Below are positions 52,447 to 63,856 of a stretch of 64,000 nt of DNA, piece by piece. Position numbers and translations under genes: made by a program. Each line of letters starts with the position of its first letter. Position 1 is the first letter of the stretch. The notes under the pieces are model-generated. The model was not told the origin of the DNA, searched no databases, and worked only from the letters and a program-made list of their open reading frames with translations. This DNA comes from Eledone cirrhosa (taxonomy: Eukaryota): the NCBI GenBank assembly GCA_964016885.1, contig OZ024757.1:22506001-22570000 (forward strand), read 5' to 3'.

Positions 52447-53444
52447 AGAGGTTTTCCAGTGCTCCTCACGATACTGTCATCTTTTGTTCTGGCAGCAAGT
52501 TGGTTTGTCCACCCCTTTCGCCTGCCGTTTGCTGTATGTGGTCCTAGACGTATGTGCTACCTGGTTGTGTGCTTTTGTTTTCTCTTTCCTTTTTCCTTTC
52601 CTTTCTTTTTATCTCTTTCTATTTGTAATATGTTGACGGTTATGCCTTACAAAAATTAGTGTGTTTTGTAAAAATATAATACTCAATATTAAAACGCGTT
52701 TCACGATATTAAAACGGATATACCCGATTTAAATACGAGTATACTGGAAATGATAGTGGATAAATATGATATATAAACGGATATTTACGATATAAATACG
52801 AATAAATAGCGATATAAATACAAATATTTACAATATGAATACGATTTACAATACGAAAATCAATGAATGAATAAAATTTAGTCAGAAAGAAACTCACGAC
52901 TTTTTTTTTTTTATTAAGAAAGAGAAGACATTAAAACAAACAAATATTGCTTCATGAATTATAGTCCGATTGTTGCGAGGAGAGAACAATGAAAAGGAGA
53001 AAAAGAAAGAAGGATCAAGCAATGAAAGAGAGAGAGAGAGGGACAGATACTACACCACCGTCTGAGCTGTGCCTCAATCACCCCCAGCGGAGAATGACCA
53101 GAGACGCCCACTGCATCAGCCACCCCTCTTCAGATGGGCTACCGTCTTTCTGACTTTACGGTGGAAATCAGCAATGTGGGGGACCAAGATCACCAGGTCT
53201 CGACAAAGACCAGTGCAAGGGGGGAGGGGGGGAACAGTCAGGCCCCAGTATTTGACTATAACAGAGAATGCTGATGTTATCATCTAAAACTTATTGAAGC
53301 CTCGCAAAATATCATACTACGCGTAATAGCGAGGCTGAGACATTGGAACAGCTAAGTACCCCAACAAACATCACATGATACTTCAGTAAGGCAAATATTC
53401 AGATGACAAATATTTCGTCGTCAGTATCCCAATAGTATCCCTGT

Positions 53445-53955
53445 CTCTGGCCATTCTCCACCATAACACCTTTGCCATTTTTGTCCACTGGACTTGACTA
53501 AGGTACCACTCAGACTGGAGTATAGGTCCCTTCCCTTCCCCTCACTCTAGACTGAGGTGTAGTACCCTTCCCTCTCCTCGCCTCAGACTGGGGTGTAGCT
53601 CCCTTCCCCTCCCCTCACCCCAGGCTGGGGTGTAGTACCCCCCCCCCCCTCCCCTCAGACTGGGGTTAGTGCCCTTCCCCCCCTATCCCAATCTCAGACT
53701 AGGGTGCAGTGTCTGTCCCACCCACCCTCACCTCAGTCTGGGGTGTAGTGTCTGTCCCACCCACCCTCACTTCAGACTAGGGTGTAGTGTCTGTCCCACG
53801 CCTTCTCCCATTCTTCCACTGCTTGATTCTTTTTTTTTCTTTTCATTTCATTTTTTTTTTGTGCCCTTTAGTTTATGCTTTGTTTTTATTAGATACTGCA
53901 CAGTAATTTTTATATAATGTCAATGGCTTTTCAGGAGATTTTGTATATTGAATAT
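53445..53955 (+). mobile_element. Non-LTR 3' UTR (same family as 19280-19700) with an internal ~38-bp tandem expansion
   Basis: ctcagactggggtgtagt... occurs about 8 times at 53508-53800, versus once in the 19.5-kb copy. Confidence 0.65.
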
Positions 53956-54049
53956 GTTTGGTTTTCATTTCAATTATCTTTTACAAGTTATTCTTTTGTT
54001 TGAATAAAAGAGATAGATAGATAGATAGAGAGAGGGGGGGGGAGAAATA

Positions 54050-55550
54050 AAGAGAGGGAGGAAGACAGAGAATGGGTTGTTAGCTCCTTGTTCAAACATT
54101 TTGCCATTTTCTAGAGAAAGGGACATTGCAAGAGTGCGTGTGTGTTTGTGTTCGACTAGAGAATTGGAGAGAGAGGGAGAGAGAAAGAAAGAGAGGGAGG
54201 AAGACAGAGAATGGGTTGTTAGCTCCTTGCTCAAACATTTTTGCCCTTTTCTAGAGAAAGGGACATTGCAAGAGTGCGTGTGTGTTTGTGTTCGACTAGA
54301 GAATTGGAGAGGGAGAGAGAAAGAAAGAGAGGGAGGGAGGAAGACAGAGAATGGGTTGTTAGCTCCTTGTTCAAACATTTTTGCCCTTTTCTAGAGAAAG
54401 GGACATTGCAAGAGTGCGTGTGTGTTTGTGTTCGACTAGAGAATTGGAGAGAGAGAGAAAGAAAGAGAGGGAGGAAGACAGAGAATGGGTTGTTAGCTCC
54501 TTGTTCAAACATTTTTGCCATTTTCTAGAGAAAGGGACATTGCAAGAGTGCGTGTGTGTTTGTGTTCGACTAGAGAATTGGAGAGAGAGGGAGAGAGAAA
54601 GAAAGAGAGGGAGGAAGACAGAGAATGGGTTGTTAGCTCCTTGTTCAAACATTTTTGCCATTTTCTAGAGAAAGGGACATTGCAAGAGTGCGTGTGTGTT
54701 TGTGTTCGACTAGAGAATTGGAGAGAGAGAGGGAGGGAGAGAGAAAGAGAGGGTGGAAGACAGAGAATGGGTTGTTAGCTCCTTGTTCAAACATTTTTGC
54801 CATTTTCTAGAGAAAGGGACATTGCAAGAGTGCGTGTGTGTTTGTGTTCGACTAGAGAATTGGAGAGAGAGGGAGAGAGAAAGAGAGGGAGGAAGACAGA
54901 GAATGGGTTGTTAGCTCCTTGTTCAAACATTTTTGCCCTTTTCTAGAGAAAGGGACATTGCAAGAGTGCGTGTGTGTTTGTGTTCGACTAGAGAATTGGA
55001 GAGAGAGAGGGAGAAAGAGAGAAAGAGAGGGTGGAAGACAGAGAATGGGTTGTTAGCTCCTTGTTCAAACATTTTTGCCCTTTTCTAGAGAAAGGGACAT
55101 TGCAAGAGTGCGTGTGTGTTTGTGTTCGACTAGAGAATTGGAGAGAGAGGGAGAGAGAAAGAAAGAGAGGGAGGAAGACAGAGAATGGGTTGTTAGCTCC
55201 TTGTTCAAACATTTTTGCCCTTTTCTAGAGAAAGGGACATTGCAAGAGTGCGTGTGTGTTTGTGTTCGACTAGAGAATTGGAGAGAGAGAGGGAGAAAGA
55301 GAGAAAGAGAGGGTGGAAGACAGAGAATGGGTTGTTAGCTCCTTGTTCAAACATTTTTGCCATTTTCTAGAGAAAGGGACATTGCAAGAGTGCGTGTGTG
55401 TTTGTGTTCGACTAGAGAATTGGAGAGAGAGGGAGAGAGAAAGAAAGAGAGGGAGCAAGACAGAGAATGGGTTGTTAGCTCCTTGTTCAAACATTTTTGC
55501 CATTTTCTAGAGAAAGGGACATTGCAAGAGTGTGTGTGTGTTTGTGTGTT
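54050..55550. repeat. ~140-bp tandem repeat, 11 copies, with a variable GA linker
   Basis: Conserved gaagacagagaatgggttgttagctcc...cgactagagaattgga followed by a length-variable GA tract. Confidence 0.97.
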
Positions 55551-55771
55551 TCACTCAAAACCCTTCACAGAGCAACATAGTTCGACTGGAGAATGAGAGA
55601 GAGAATCAACCAGTTTTTGTCACCATATTTCTCATGAAATACTGCCTGGGTGTTTCAATTACTTTTGAAAATAAACCCAACTTTGGAGTAATTTTATAAA
55701 TAAATATATATATTTTTGACAAAAGAAACTTTCGCCTCCTGATTGTGGAGTTTTAAAAACACTCTAATAAT

Positions 55772-55960
55772 TGTTTCTACTTTTGGCACAAGGCCAGCAA
55801 TTATCCCAGTCCATTACTGGTACTTTATTTTATCGACCACGTAAGGATGAAAGGCAAAGTTAACCTCGGCGGATCTTGAACTCAGACCACAAAGGGCCGT
55901 AACTCTATGTTGCAAAGCATGGCGTCCGACCTTCTACCGATACTGCCAATCAACCACCCA
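55772..55960 (-). mobile_element. SINE family B with a target-site duplication, inserted in a palindromic element
   Basis: Flanks aaaaacactctaataat and aaaaacctctaataat. Confidence 0.88.
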
Positions 55961-56999
55961 ATCAAAAAAACCTCTAATAATGGAAAAAGATGAGCATCAA
56001 TACTCATCCTTTTTCATTTTTGGAAGGTTTTTAAAACGCCATTATCAGGCTAAAATTTCTTTAGTAAAAAATATGGCGAAAGCTTTTATTTCCAAAAAAT
56101 TTCAAACTTTGCTCACTGTTTCAAAACAAACTTCTTTTGTTTAAACATATATATATATATAGGGCTGTGAATTGGCAGTATTGTTAGAACAGACAAAAGT
56201 GGCACCCTCTTTCTAGTAGCGCCTGTGGCACATGCCACACTTTCCAGTCCCTAGTTACACCTTACACTATACTAATTTCTACAGCAAGCTAAGCTCAAAA
56301 TTACAATATGGTGGACACTTCTATAAATTTAATACACTATTGATAACAATAGCAACAATGGGAGAGAAACAGTGAAAGGTTTGGATTCAGAAATATTTTA
56401 CTAAATAATATATTTCATTGTGTTTGACAATATTACCGAATACATAAGTGAAAAAACATTAAAAACAGTGTACTCTGCTAATGGGCTCTCATGGAGAGTT
56501 GAAGAATTTCAGTTTTTAAAACCTAGATTTATTGTATCCTACACATATGAATACTAAATGTCCATTAGAGAGCACACACACACACACATGCACAAGTATA
56601 TATATATATTTATGTGCATGTGTGAATGTGTGCATGTATGAGTATATATATATATATACAAGAGGGAGAGGGGGGATAGATAGATGATATATATATATGT
56701 ATATATATATATGTGTGTGCATGTATGTGTACATAGATATACACACATATATGGACAGAGTCACTAAGAACTTATAATATATACAGATATATATTATATA
56801 TATACAGATATATATTATATATATATATATATATAAATAAATATATATAGTTATATATATATATAAATATGAAAATAAATATATATAGAGATTTATTAAG
56901 ACTTTTCCTACTATATTAAGCGTGAAATTAACATATATCTTCATTGTACTTCATCTGTTGTGTTTTTTCCATTTACTTTTCACTTACATACATACACAT

Positions 57000-57032
<33 letters not shown>

Positions 57033-57470
57033 AACACACACACACATATATATATATAAACACACATACACCTACACTGTTCCCTATCAACACATGCTAT
57101 ATTGTTGAAGAGATAGCAGGGTATAACATAGAGTTCAACACAACCTAACACAAAACAACATACAAAACAAGTGGAGTTAACAATATAGGTGTCATATTTC
57201 AGAAATATACTCTTCGGGTTGATTTTCTAATTTTTTCTGTTGTTTAGTAAAATCCATTAAAACTTACTGTGAAAGAAAAAAAATGTCTGGATTGAGTAAA
57301 ATAAGTGTGATGTTCAGAGATGAAACTAATACAATGTTGACTAACTTAAATCAATGTTTTATATATGGATATGTATAGATGTAAGATAAGTGCAGAGAGA
57401 GGGAAAGTGTGTATGTGTGTGTGTGTATACATATGTGTGTATATATATATATACACATACATACATACAT

Positions 57471-57805
57471 TGAGGCACATGGCTTAGTGGTTAGAGCATT
57501 AGCCTTGCAATCGAAAGGTTGTGAGTTCAATTCCCAGACCGGGTGATGTGTTGTTTCCTTGAGCAAGACACTTTATTTCACATTGCTCCAGTTTACTCAG
57601 CTGTAGAAATGAGATGATAGGGACTGGGATCCATATCATTCCACTGCAAAGTGGTCGTGGAGGTACCACGGCAAAAAAGCATCCAGCACTCACTGTAAAT
57701 GAGGTTGGTGTTAGGAAGGGCATCCAGCTGTAGAAATCAAGCCAGAATCAGTTCCCGTCCCACCTTTGCAAGCAGGGAAAAGCAGACGTAAAATGAAATG
57801 ATGAT
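57471..57805 (+). mobile_element. SINE family A
   Basis: Full copy. Confidence 0.9.
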
Positions 57806-57843
57806 CTATATATATATATACATGTCTATGTGTGTGAATGCAT

Positions 57844-57891
<48 letters not shown>

Positions 57892-58001
57892 ATGCATATA
57901 TATATATAAATGTAGGTATATATGTATGTATACGTATATATGTATATATATAAGTGTGTGTGTATTCAGATTGGCGCTTTGAAATAGTGATGTATACATG
58001 A

Positions 58002-58212
58002 ATGTATAGTATATTTGGCAATATACTGCATGCTTAATTAAAAACACTTTGAAGACCTTGCGCTATCATTTTTAAAGTAGTGACTATGTCATTTACTTCT
58101 TTATTTGGTAAAAGAAGTAAGTGACATAGTCACTTACTTTAAAAATGATAGCGCAAGGTCTTCAAAGTGTTTTTAATTAACCTTACGGTATATTGCCAAA
58201 TATACTATACAT
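58002..58212. repeat. Fold-back palindrome, ~100-bp arms and 8-nt loop
   Basis: ttaattaaaaacactttgaagaccttgcgctatcatttttaaagta / tactttaaaaatgatagcgcaaggtcttcaaagtgtttttaattaa. Confidence 0.93.
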
Positions 58213-58391
58213 ACATTCATGTGTGTATATGTATATATATATATTTATTAAAATAACAGATTAAAGTTATATGAATGTATATATATACACACATACATAT
58301 ATATACCGTCCAAACCCATGCAAGCGTGGAACATGGACGTTAAACGATGATGATGATGATGATACATACATACATATACATATATATATAT

Positions 58392-58424
<33 letters not shown>

Positions 58425-58735
58425 GTAATTGTTTCTACTTTAGGCGCAAGGCCAGCAAATTACCCAGTGCGTTACTGGTACTTTATTTTATCGACCTCGT
58501 AAGGATGAAAGGCAAAGTAAACCTCGGCGGGATTTGAACTCAGACCGTAAAGGGACGTAGCTCTATGCTGGAAAGCATGGTGTCCGACTCTCTACTGATA
58601 CTGCCATATATAATAATTGTTTCCACTTTAGGCACAAGGCCACCAATTGCCCAGTGCATTACTGGTACTTTATTTTATCGACCGCGTAAGGATGAAAGGC
58701 AAAGTCAACCTCGGCGGGATTTGAACTCAACCTCG
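58425..58735 (-). mobile_element. Two tandem SINE-B copies
   Basis: Two reverse bodies and tails. Confidence 0.85.
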
Positions 58736-58844
58736 ACGGGATTATATAGTAATAATAATAAATTTGAAGACTAAAATCCAAAGAGGGCTCGATAAGGATA
58801 AATATATATTCAAATATATAAGAACCGTAGAGCAAATATTTATT

Positions 58845-59175
58845 AAAATAACAGATTAAAGTTTATGGAAAGAATCGCTGCTTTCACCCTTAACGGGATC
58901 TTCTGAAACTAAAAAATCCATCTGTGAACGCAGAAAGTAGATATTTCGAAAAACGTTGCAACCGAAGGAAAACAGGAAGATGATACTTTGGTTCGTGGAG
59001 ACATTCCCTGGCAATGAACCGAAAAAAAGCGAAGATAATACGTCATTATGTGGAGCGATGAGAACAATTGCACGCAAAGACAAAACCACGTTTATGGTAT
59101 AAATGAAGCCGTAGACTAATATTCTATTTAGGAAACCGAATGAAAATCCCAAGCAACACCGGGCCATTCTGCTAG
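58845..59175 (+). mobile_element. Helitron/Helentron-like non-autonomous fragment
   Basis: Ends cccaagcaacaccgggccattctgCTAG|T. Confidence 0.5.
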
Positions 59176-59207
59176 TTATTACTATTATTATTATTACTAT
59201 ATATATA

Positions 59208-59537
59208 TCATCATCATTTTACGTCCACCTTTTCCTGCTTGCAAGGGTGGGACGGGAACTGATTCTGGCTTGATTTCTACAGCTGGATGCCCTTCCTAAC
59301 ACCAACCTCATTTACAGTGAGTGCTGGGTGCTTTTTTGCCGTGGCACCTACACGACCACTTTGCAGTGGAATGATATGAACCCTAGTCCCTATCATCTCA
59401 TTTCTACAGCTGAGTAAACTGGAGCAATGTGAAATAAAGTGTCTTGCTCAAGGAAACAACACATCACCCGGTCTGAGAATTGAACTCACAACCTTTCGAT
59501 TGCAAGGCCAATGCTCTAACCACTAAGCCATGTGCCT
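59208..59537 (-). mobile_element. SINE family A
   Basis: Full reverse copy. Confidence 0.9.
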
Positions 59538-59572
59538 ATATATATATAAATATGTGTGTGTATGTAAGTATA

Positions 59573-59650
<78 letters not shown>

Positions 59651-59698
59651 TATGTATGTATGTATATATGTATATATATGTGTGTATGTATGTATATA

Positions 59699-59747
<49 letters not shown>

Positions 59748-59830
59748 TCATGTATATAGAATTGTGCATAGATAGAATATTACTCAATCAAATTTCACCA
59801 CAGCCAGAATTTCATATCTTATATATTATT

Positions 59831-59873
59831 TTCAGAAGTACTTTCATGTCTTCTGGGACATTCTTCAGGTGAA
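59831..59873 (-). ncRNA. Minimal type-I hammerhead ribozyme motif
   Basis: Minus strand TTCAC-CTGAAGA-ATGTC-CCAGAA-GACAT-GAAA-GTAC-TT-CTGAA; palindromic AAGTACTT; one C-C mismatch at the base of stem I. Confidence 0.72.
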
Positions 59874-60241
59874 TGTTTACATCAAGACATTATTCTGGTG
59901 AATATTAATTTGGTAAAGATATCTAGGTGGAGTTGGTGTAGTTTGTATGACTTGTTCCCTGGTGCTGATGCCATGATTAAATGTATTCAGTAGAGCATGG
60001 CAAGATATGTAAGTGAAATGAAGGAACTTGGTCTGTCTAAGAGGTCAGTGTCTCCACTAGAGTGCTGACATACTCTGGGGTGACTCAGCCAACCCATGCT
60101 AGCATCTTAAATGGACATTAAATGGTGATAATGATGATGATGATGATGATTTATATGTGGATAGATATATAGACGGACAGACTGACGATCAGACAGACTG
60201 ATAGATAGATAGATAGACAGACAGATAGATACACAAATAGA

Positions 60242-60715
60242 TTTCTTTATTAGCCACAAGGGCACACAAGAAAAGGGAACAATACAAAGACATGCCGGGG
60301 ATTTTACATGCAATCGTGTAAAAATATTGAAACAACCAATTATAACAATCGAAATCCCCAATAGGCGGGAGGCGCCACGAATGGGCTGTTTAATACCCCG
60401 TCGATAGAATAACCCTCAACTCCAGGAGCATGTTGTGCAAGTTCTCCCTTCTTCCTTTTGCTCTCTTCTTCAGCCTACAGGCTTATAAACAGAGAAGGCC
60501 CAATCACTCGGGCCATTTTTGCCACATTCACCCACCTTTCAGTAAATTTACTGGGGTGCAGTGCCTCTCTCTCCACCCTGATTCTCCTTCTAAAGTGGTA
60601 CCTAAAGAAGGGAATCAATTGTTGTCCGGAGAGAAAGTCCTCTCAATCTCATCCACCATATAACCTCTTTCACCATAGCCACTATACAGAGGAAAACCGC
60701 CTCTCTTTCGTTTTT
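60242..60715 (-). mobile_element. 3' end of an L1/Tx1-like LINE, copy 1
   Basis: VAMVKEVIWWMRLRGL...YHFRRRIRVERE..F.ERWVNVAKMARV, then a UTR ending aataaagaaa. Confidence 0.65.
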
Positions 60716-60754
60716 GATAGATAAATAGATAGATAAATTGATAGATAGATATCT

Positions 60755-61125
60755 TTCTTTATTTGCCACTAGGGCATAAAAGATTGGGACAATTGCAAAG
60801 GGGCGGAAGTTTACATACAATAAACGCGTGTACAAAAATTATAACAGTTCAAAATCATACAAACGAAATCCTCAATAGGGAGGGGGCGTTGACATGGGTC
60901 ACACACACCCCCGAATAAAATGTGCAACCCTCCTACTCAGGAGCACAAAGAGCGGGTGCTCCCTTCCTCTCCTCCTTCTCCTCCTCTCTCACCTACAGGC
61001 TGATATAGAGAGAAGGCCCATTCACTCGGGCCATTCTCGCCACTTTCACCCACCTTTCATAACACTTGCTGGGGTACAGCACCTCTCCCTCCATCCTGAT
61101 TCTTCTTCTAAAGTAGTATTTGAAA
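60755..61125 (-). mobile_element. 3' end of an L1/Tx1-like LINE, copy 2 (diverged from copy 1)
   Basis: FFKYYFRRRIRMEGEVLYPSKCYERWVKVARMARVNGPSL; same terminal aataaagaaa. Confidence 0.65.
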
Positions 61126-61607
61126 AAAAAGGTAGACAGATAGATAGTAAGGCAGATAGGCAGATAGACTGTATAAAAGACAGGCAGATAGAAAGATAGA
61201 TACATAGATAGACAGACAAAGAGGCAGGCAAACAGATAAATAGACAAATAATTTGGTAGATGGAAGGATAAATTGACATCTAACTGTGAGTACAATAGCA
61301 ACAAGATGTATATTTACAATAGAAATACATCCATGGAAATACAAATCAACAAATCTATTCTGATATTTGTTTAGGTTTAATCATATCGGGTTTGGTATCA
61401 TTAAGGTTATTATTCTGCAGATATGAATGAAAATATATATATATATATATATATACTTGCAATACACACAAACACACACACACACACACATACTTACATT
61501 GCGTATGAACACACACGCATACATATATAAATATATATATAAACTTGTATTACATACATAAAATTGTATCACATATGAATATATATATATATATCTGTGT
61601 GTGTGTA

Positions 61608-62240
61608 TCATCATCATCATCATCAACGTTTAACGTCCGTGTTCCACGCTTGCATGGGTTTGGACGGGGGTATTCCCACTTGAAGCAAGATTGGTTGTCT
61701 TGCTCGTATAGGACTGTCTGGCGGGTTTTCTACAGCTGGATGCCCTTCCTAACACCAACCACATTTACAGTGTGGACTGGGAGGTTTTTACCGTGTTACC
61801 TACACGCCCACATTACAGCGTGGACTGTGTGTTTTTTTGTTGTGACACCTACACGACCTCATTTGTTTCGGGCTGGATGTTGTGGTACCAGCATAACTTC
61901 ACATTGTAGGGGGTGGTGTGGATGGGGTGGGGGTAGTGGGATGGGGGTGTATTTTTGTTAGAGGTGCCTACTGACTGTAGGTTTCGCTTTGTACTTAGGC
62001 AAGGCGGGTCTTCTGTATTACTGTGTAGCGCCAAAGATCTCGGTCCAGTGACATTGTCTTGGAGAGGTGTAAGTGTGTGAGGTCAGATTTTATCAGCTCG
62101 TCCCAGGTTTTTCTGGGTCTGCCTACTCCGTGGCTACCGTCAATTTTTATCGCCCTGCACTTTTTTATACAGTCTTTCATGTGCATTACGTGACCGTACC
62201 AACGTAGTCTTCTCTCGAGTAAACAACATCTGATCCCTCT
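61608..62240 (-). mobile_element. 5'-truncated RTE LINE: ORF C-terminus and complete ~390-bp 3' UTR
   Basis: GIRCCLLERRLRWYGHVMHM..CIKKC...GRPRKTWDELIKSDL...DRDLWR...stop at 61995; the UTR is family C. Confidence 0.9.
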
Positions 62241-62251
62241 TATATATATAT

Positions 62252-62484
62252 ACGACAAAAAACACACAGTCCACGCTGTAATGTGGCCATGTAGGCAACA
62301 CGGTAAAAACCTCCCAGTCCACACTGTAAATGTGGTTGGTGTTAGGAAGGGCATCCAGCTGTAGAAAACCTGCCAGACAGTCCTATGCGAGCAAGACAAC
62401 CACGCTTGCCTCAAGTGGGAAAACCCCCGTCCAAACCCATGCAAGCGTGGAACACGGACGTTAAACGTTGATGATGATGATGAT
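62252..62484 (+). mobile_element. RTE 3' UTR fragment (family C), inverted relative to its neighbour
   Basis: Reverse complement of about 61608-61845. Confidence 0.88.
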
Positions 62485-62485
62485 T

Positions 62486-62593
62486 AATTTAATATAGAAA
62501 TGGCTTCTACAGGACTGGAACTGTTTCATTCAAAAAATATCATCATTGAATGAAACAGTTCTAGTCCTGTAGAAGCCATTTCTATATTAAATT
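62486..62593. repeat. Fold-back palindrome with 48-bp arms
   Basis: aatttaatatagaaatggcttctacaggactggaactgtttcattcaa and its reverse complement with one G-T pair. Confidence 0.93.
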
Positions 62594-62754
62594 TTTGTAT
62601 ATACTCTACTAATGTATTGAATGCTTCACTTACTGTGGTTACTCCCGATTGAACACGGGAGTCACATACATATATAAAAATATCTATCTTGGTATTTTTT
62701 CTCAGAAGAAATCATCTTAGCAGAAATCATCAACACTTTTCTACATTCAATATA

Positions 62755-63096
62755 TCATCATCATCATTTCATTTTACATCCGCTTTTCCCTACTTGCAAG
62801 GGTGGGATGGGAACTGATTCTGGCTTGATTTCTACAGCTGGATGCCCTTCCTAACACCAACCTCATTTACAGTGAGTGCTGGGTGCTTTTTTTGCTGTGG
62901 CACCTCCACGACCACTTTGCAGTGGAATGATAGGGACCCCAGTCCCTATCATCTCATTTCTACAGCTGAGTAAACTGGAGCAATGTGAAATAAAGTGTCT
63001 TGCTCAAGGAAACAACACATCACCCGGTCTGAGAATTGAATTCACAATCTTTCGATTGCAAGGCCAATGCTCTAACCACTAAGCCATGTGCCTCCA
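62755..63096 (-). mobile_element. SINE family A
   Basis: Full reverse copy. Confidence 0.9.
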
Positions 63097-63109
63097 TATA
63101 TATATATAT

Positions 63110-63298
63110 AATTGTTTCTACTTTTGGTACAAGGCCACCAATTATCCCAGTGCATTACTGGTACTTTATTTTATCGACCCCCGTAAGGATGAAAGGCAAA
63201 GTTAACCTCGGCGGGATTTGAACTCAGACCATAAAGGGACATAACTCTTTTTTGCTGCAAAGCATGGCATACGACCCTCTACTGATTCTGCCAATCCA
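63110..63298 (-). mobile_element. SINE family B
   Basis: Full reverse copy. Confidence 0.88.
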
Positions 63299-63448
63299 CT
63301 AAGGAGTTGAAGGACCCAGCATATTTATCAATGCCAGGACTGGTTGTATCTCAGGGTACTCAATAGGTAATGTAGGATACATTCGCAGAGTATACACAGA
63401 GTTATTCGCTTCAATACACCACACGTAAAACAGGTGCCTATAGTAGTT

Positions 63449-63490
63449 CCCGGACTCGAGTTTCGGCTGCACTTTGTGCAGCATTAAGGT
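63449..63490 (-). ncRNA. 3' half of a hammerhead-like motif
   Basis: Minus strand GCTGCAC-AAA-GTGCAGC-C-GAAA-CTCGAG-TC: stem II, GAAA, palindromic stem III and GUC triplet; CUGANGA box lost. Confidence 0.5.
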
Positions 63491-63544
63491 GCACTGCACC
63501 ATCTGTCTGCATATATGATGCAACAATGCACAATCGGCTTATGT

Positions 63545-63856
63545 ACATGTGGCTAGCACTCTTTTGGTTACGATGGCGAGTGTTCCAATTGACCTCATCA
63601 ATGGGACAGCTTGCTTGTGAAATTAACATGTAAGTGGCTGAGCATTCTACAAACAGGCATACCCTTTATGCAGTTATCTGGGAGATTCAGCATGACACTG
63701 AACGTGGCAAGGCTGACCCTTCGAATTACAGGTACAACTCATTTTTGCCAGTGAAATAAAATGTTTTGCTCAAGGACCCAACATGTCGCCAGGAATCGAA
63801 CCCACAACCTCATGATTGTGAGCCAAATACCTTAACCACAGAGCCACGTGCCCTCA
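63545..63856 (-). mobile_element. SINE family D
   Basis: Head tggctctgtggttaagg...ggttcgattcc plus the family D body. Confidence 0.8.

Noticed and set aside
52690-52705. GAAACGCGTT on the minus strand
   Set aside because: No CUGANGA box or stem II upstream.
15698-55550. CRISPR-like appearance of the 27-, 36-, 40- and 140-bp arrays
   Set aside because: Units are contiguous with no unique spacers, there are no cas genes, and the context is eukaryotic.
244-59872. Numerous long ORFs ([12 protein letters not shown], poly-His, poly-Asn, SLSL and periodic peptides)
   Set aside because: They are translations of micro- and minisatellites, open in several frames on both strands, with no domain content or splice evidence.
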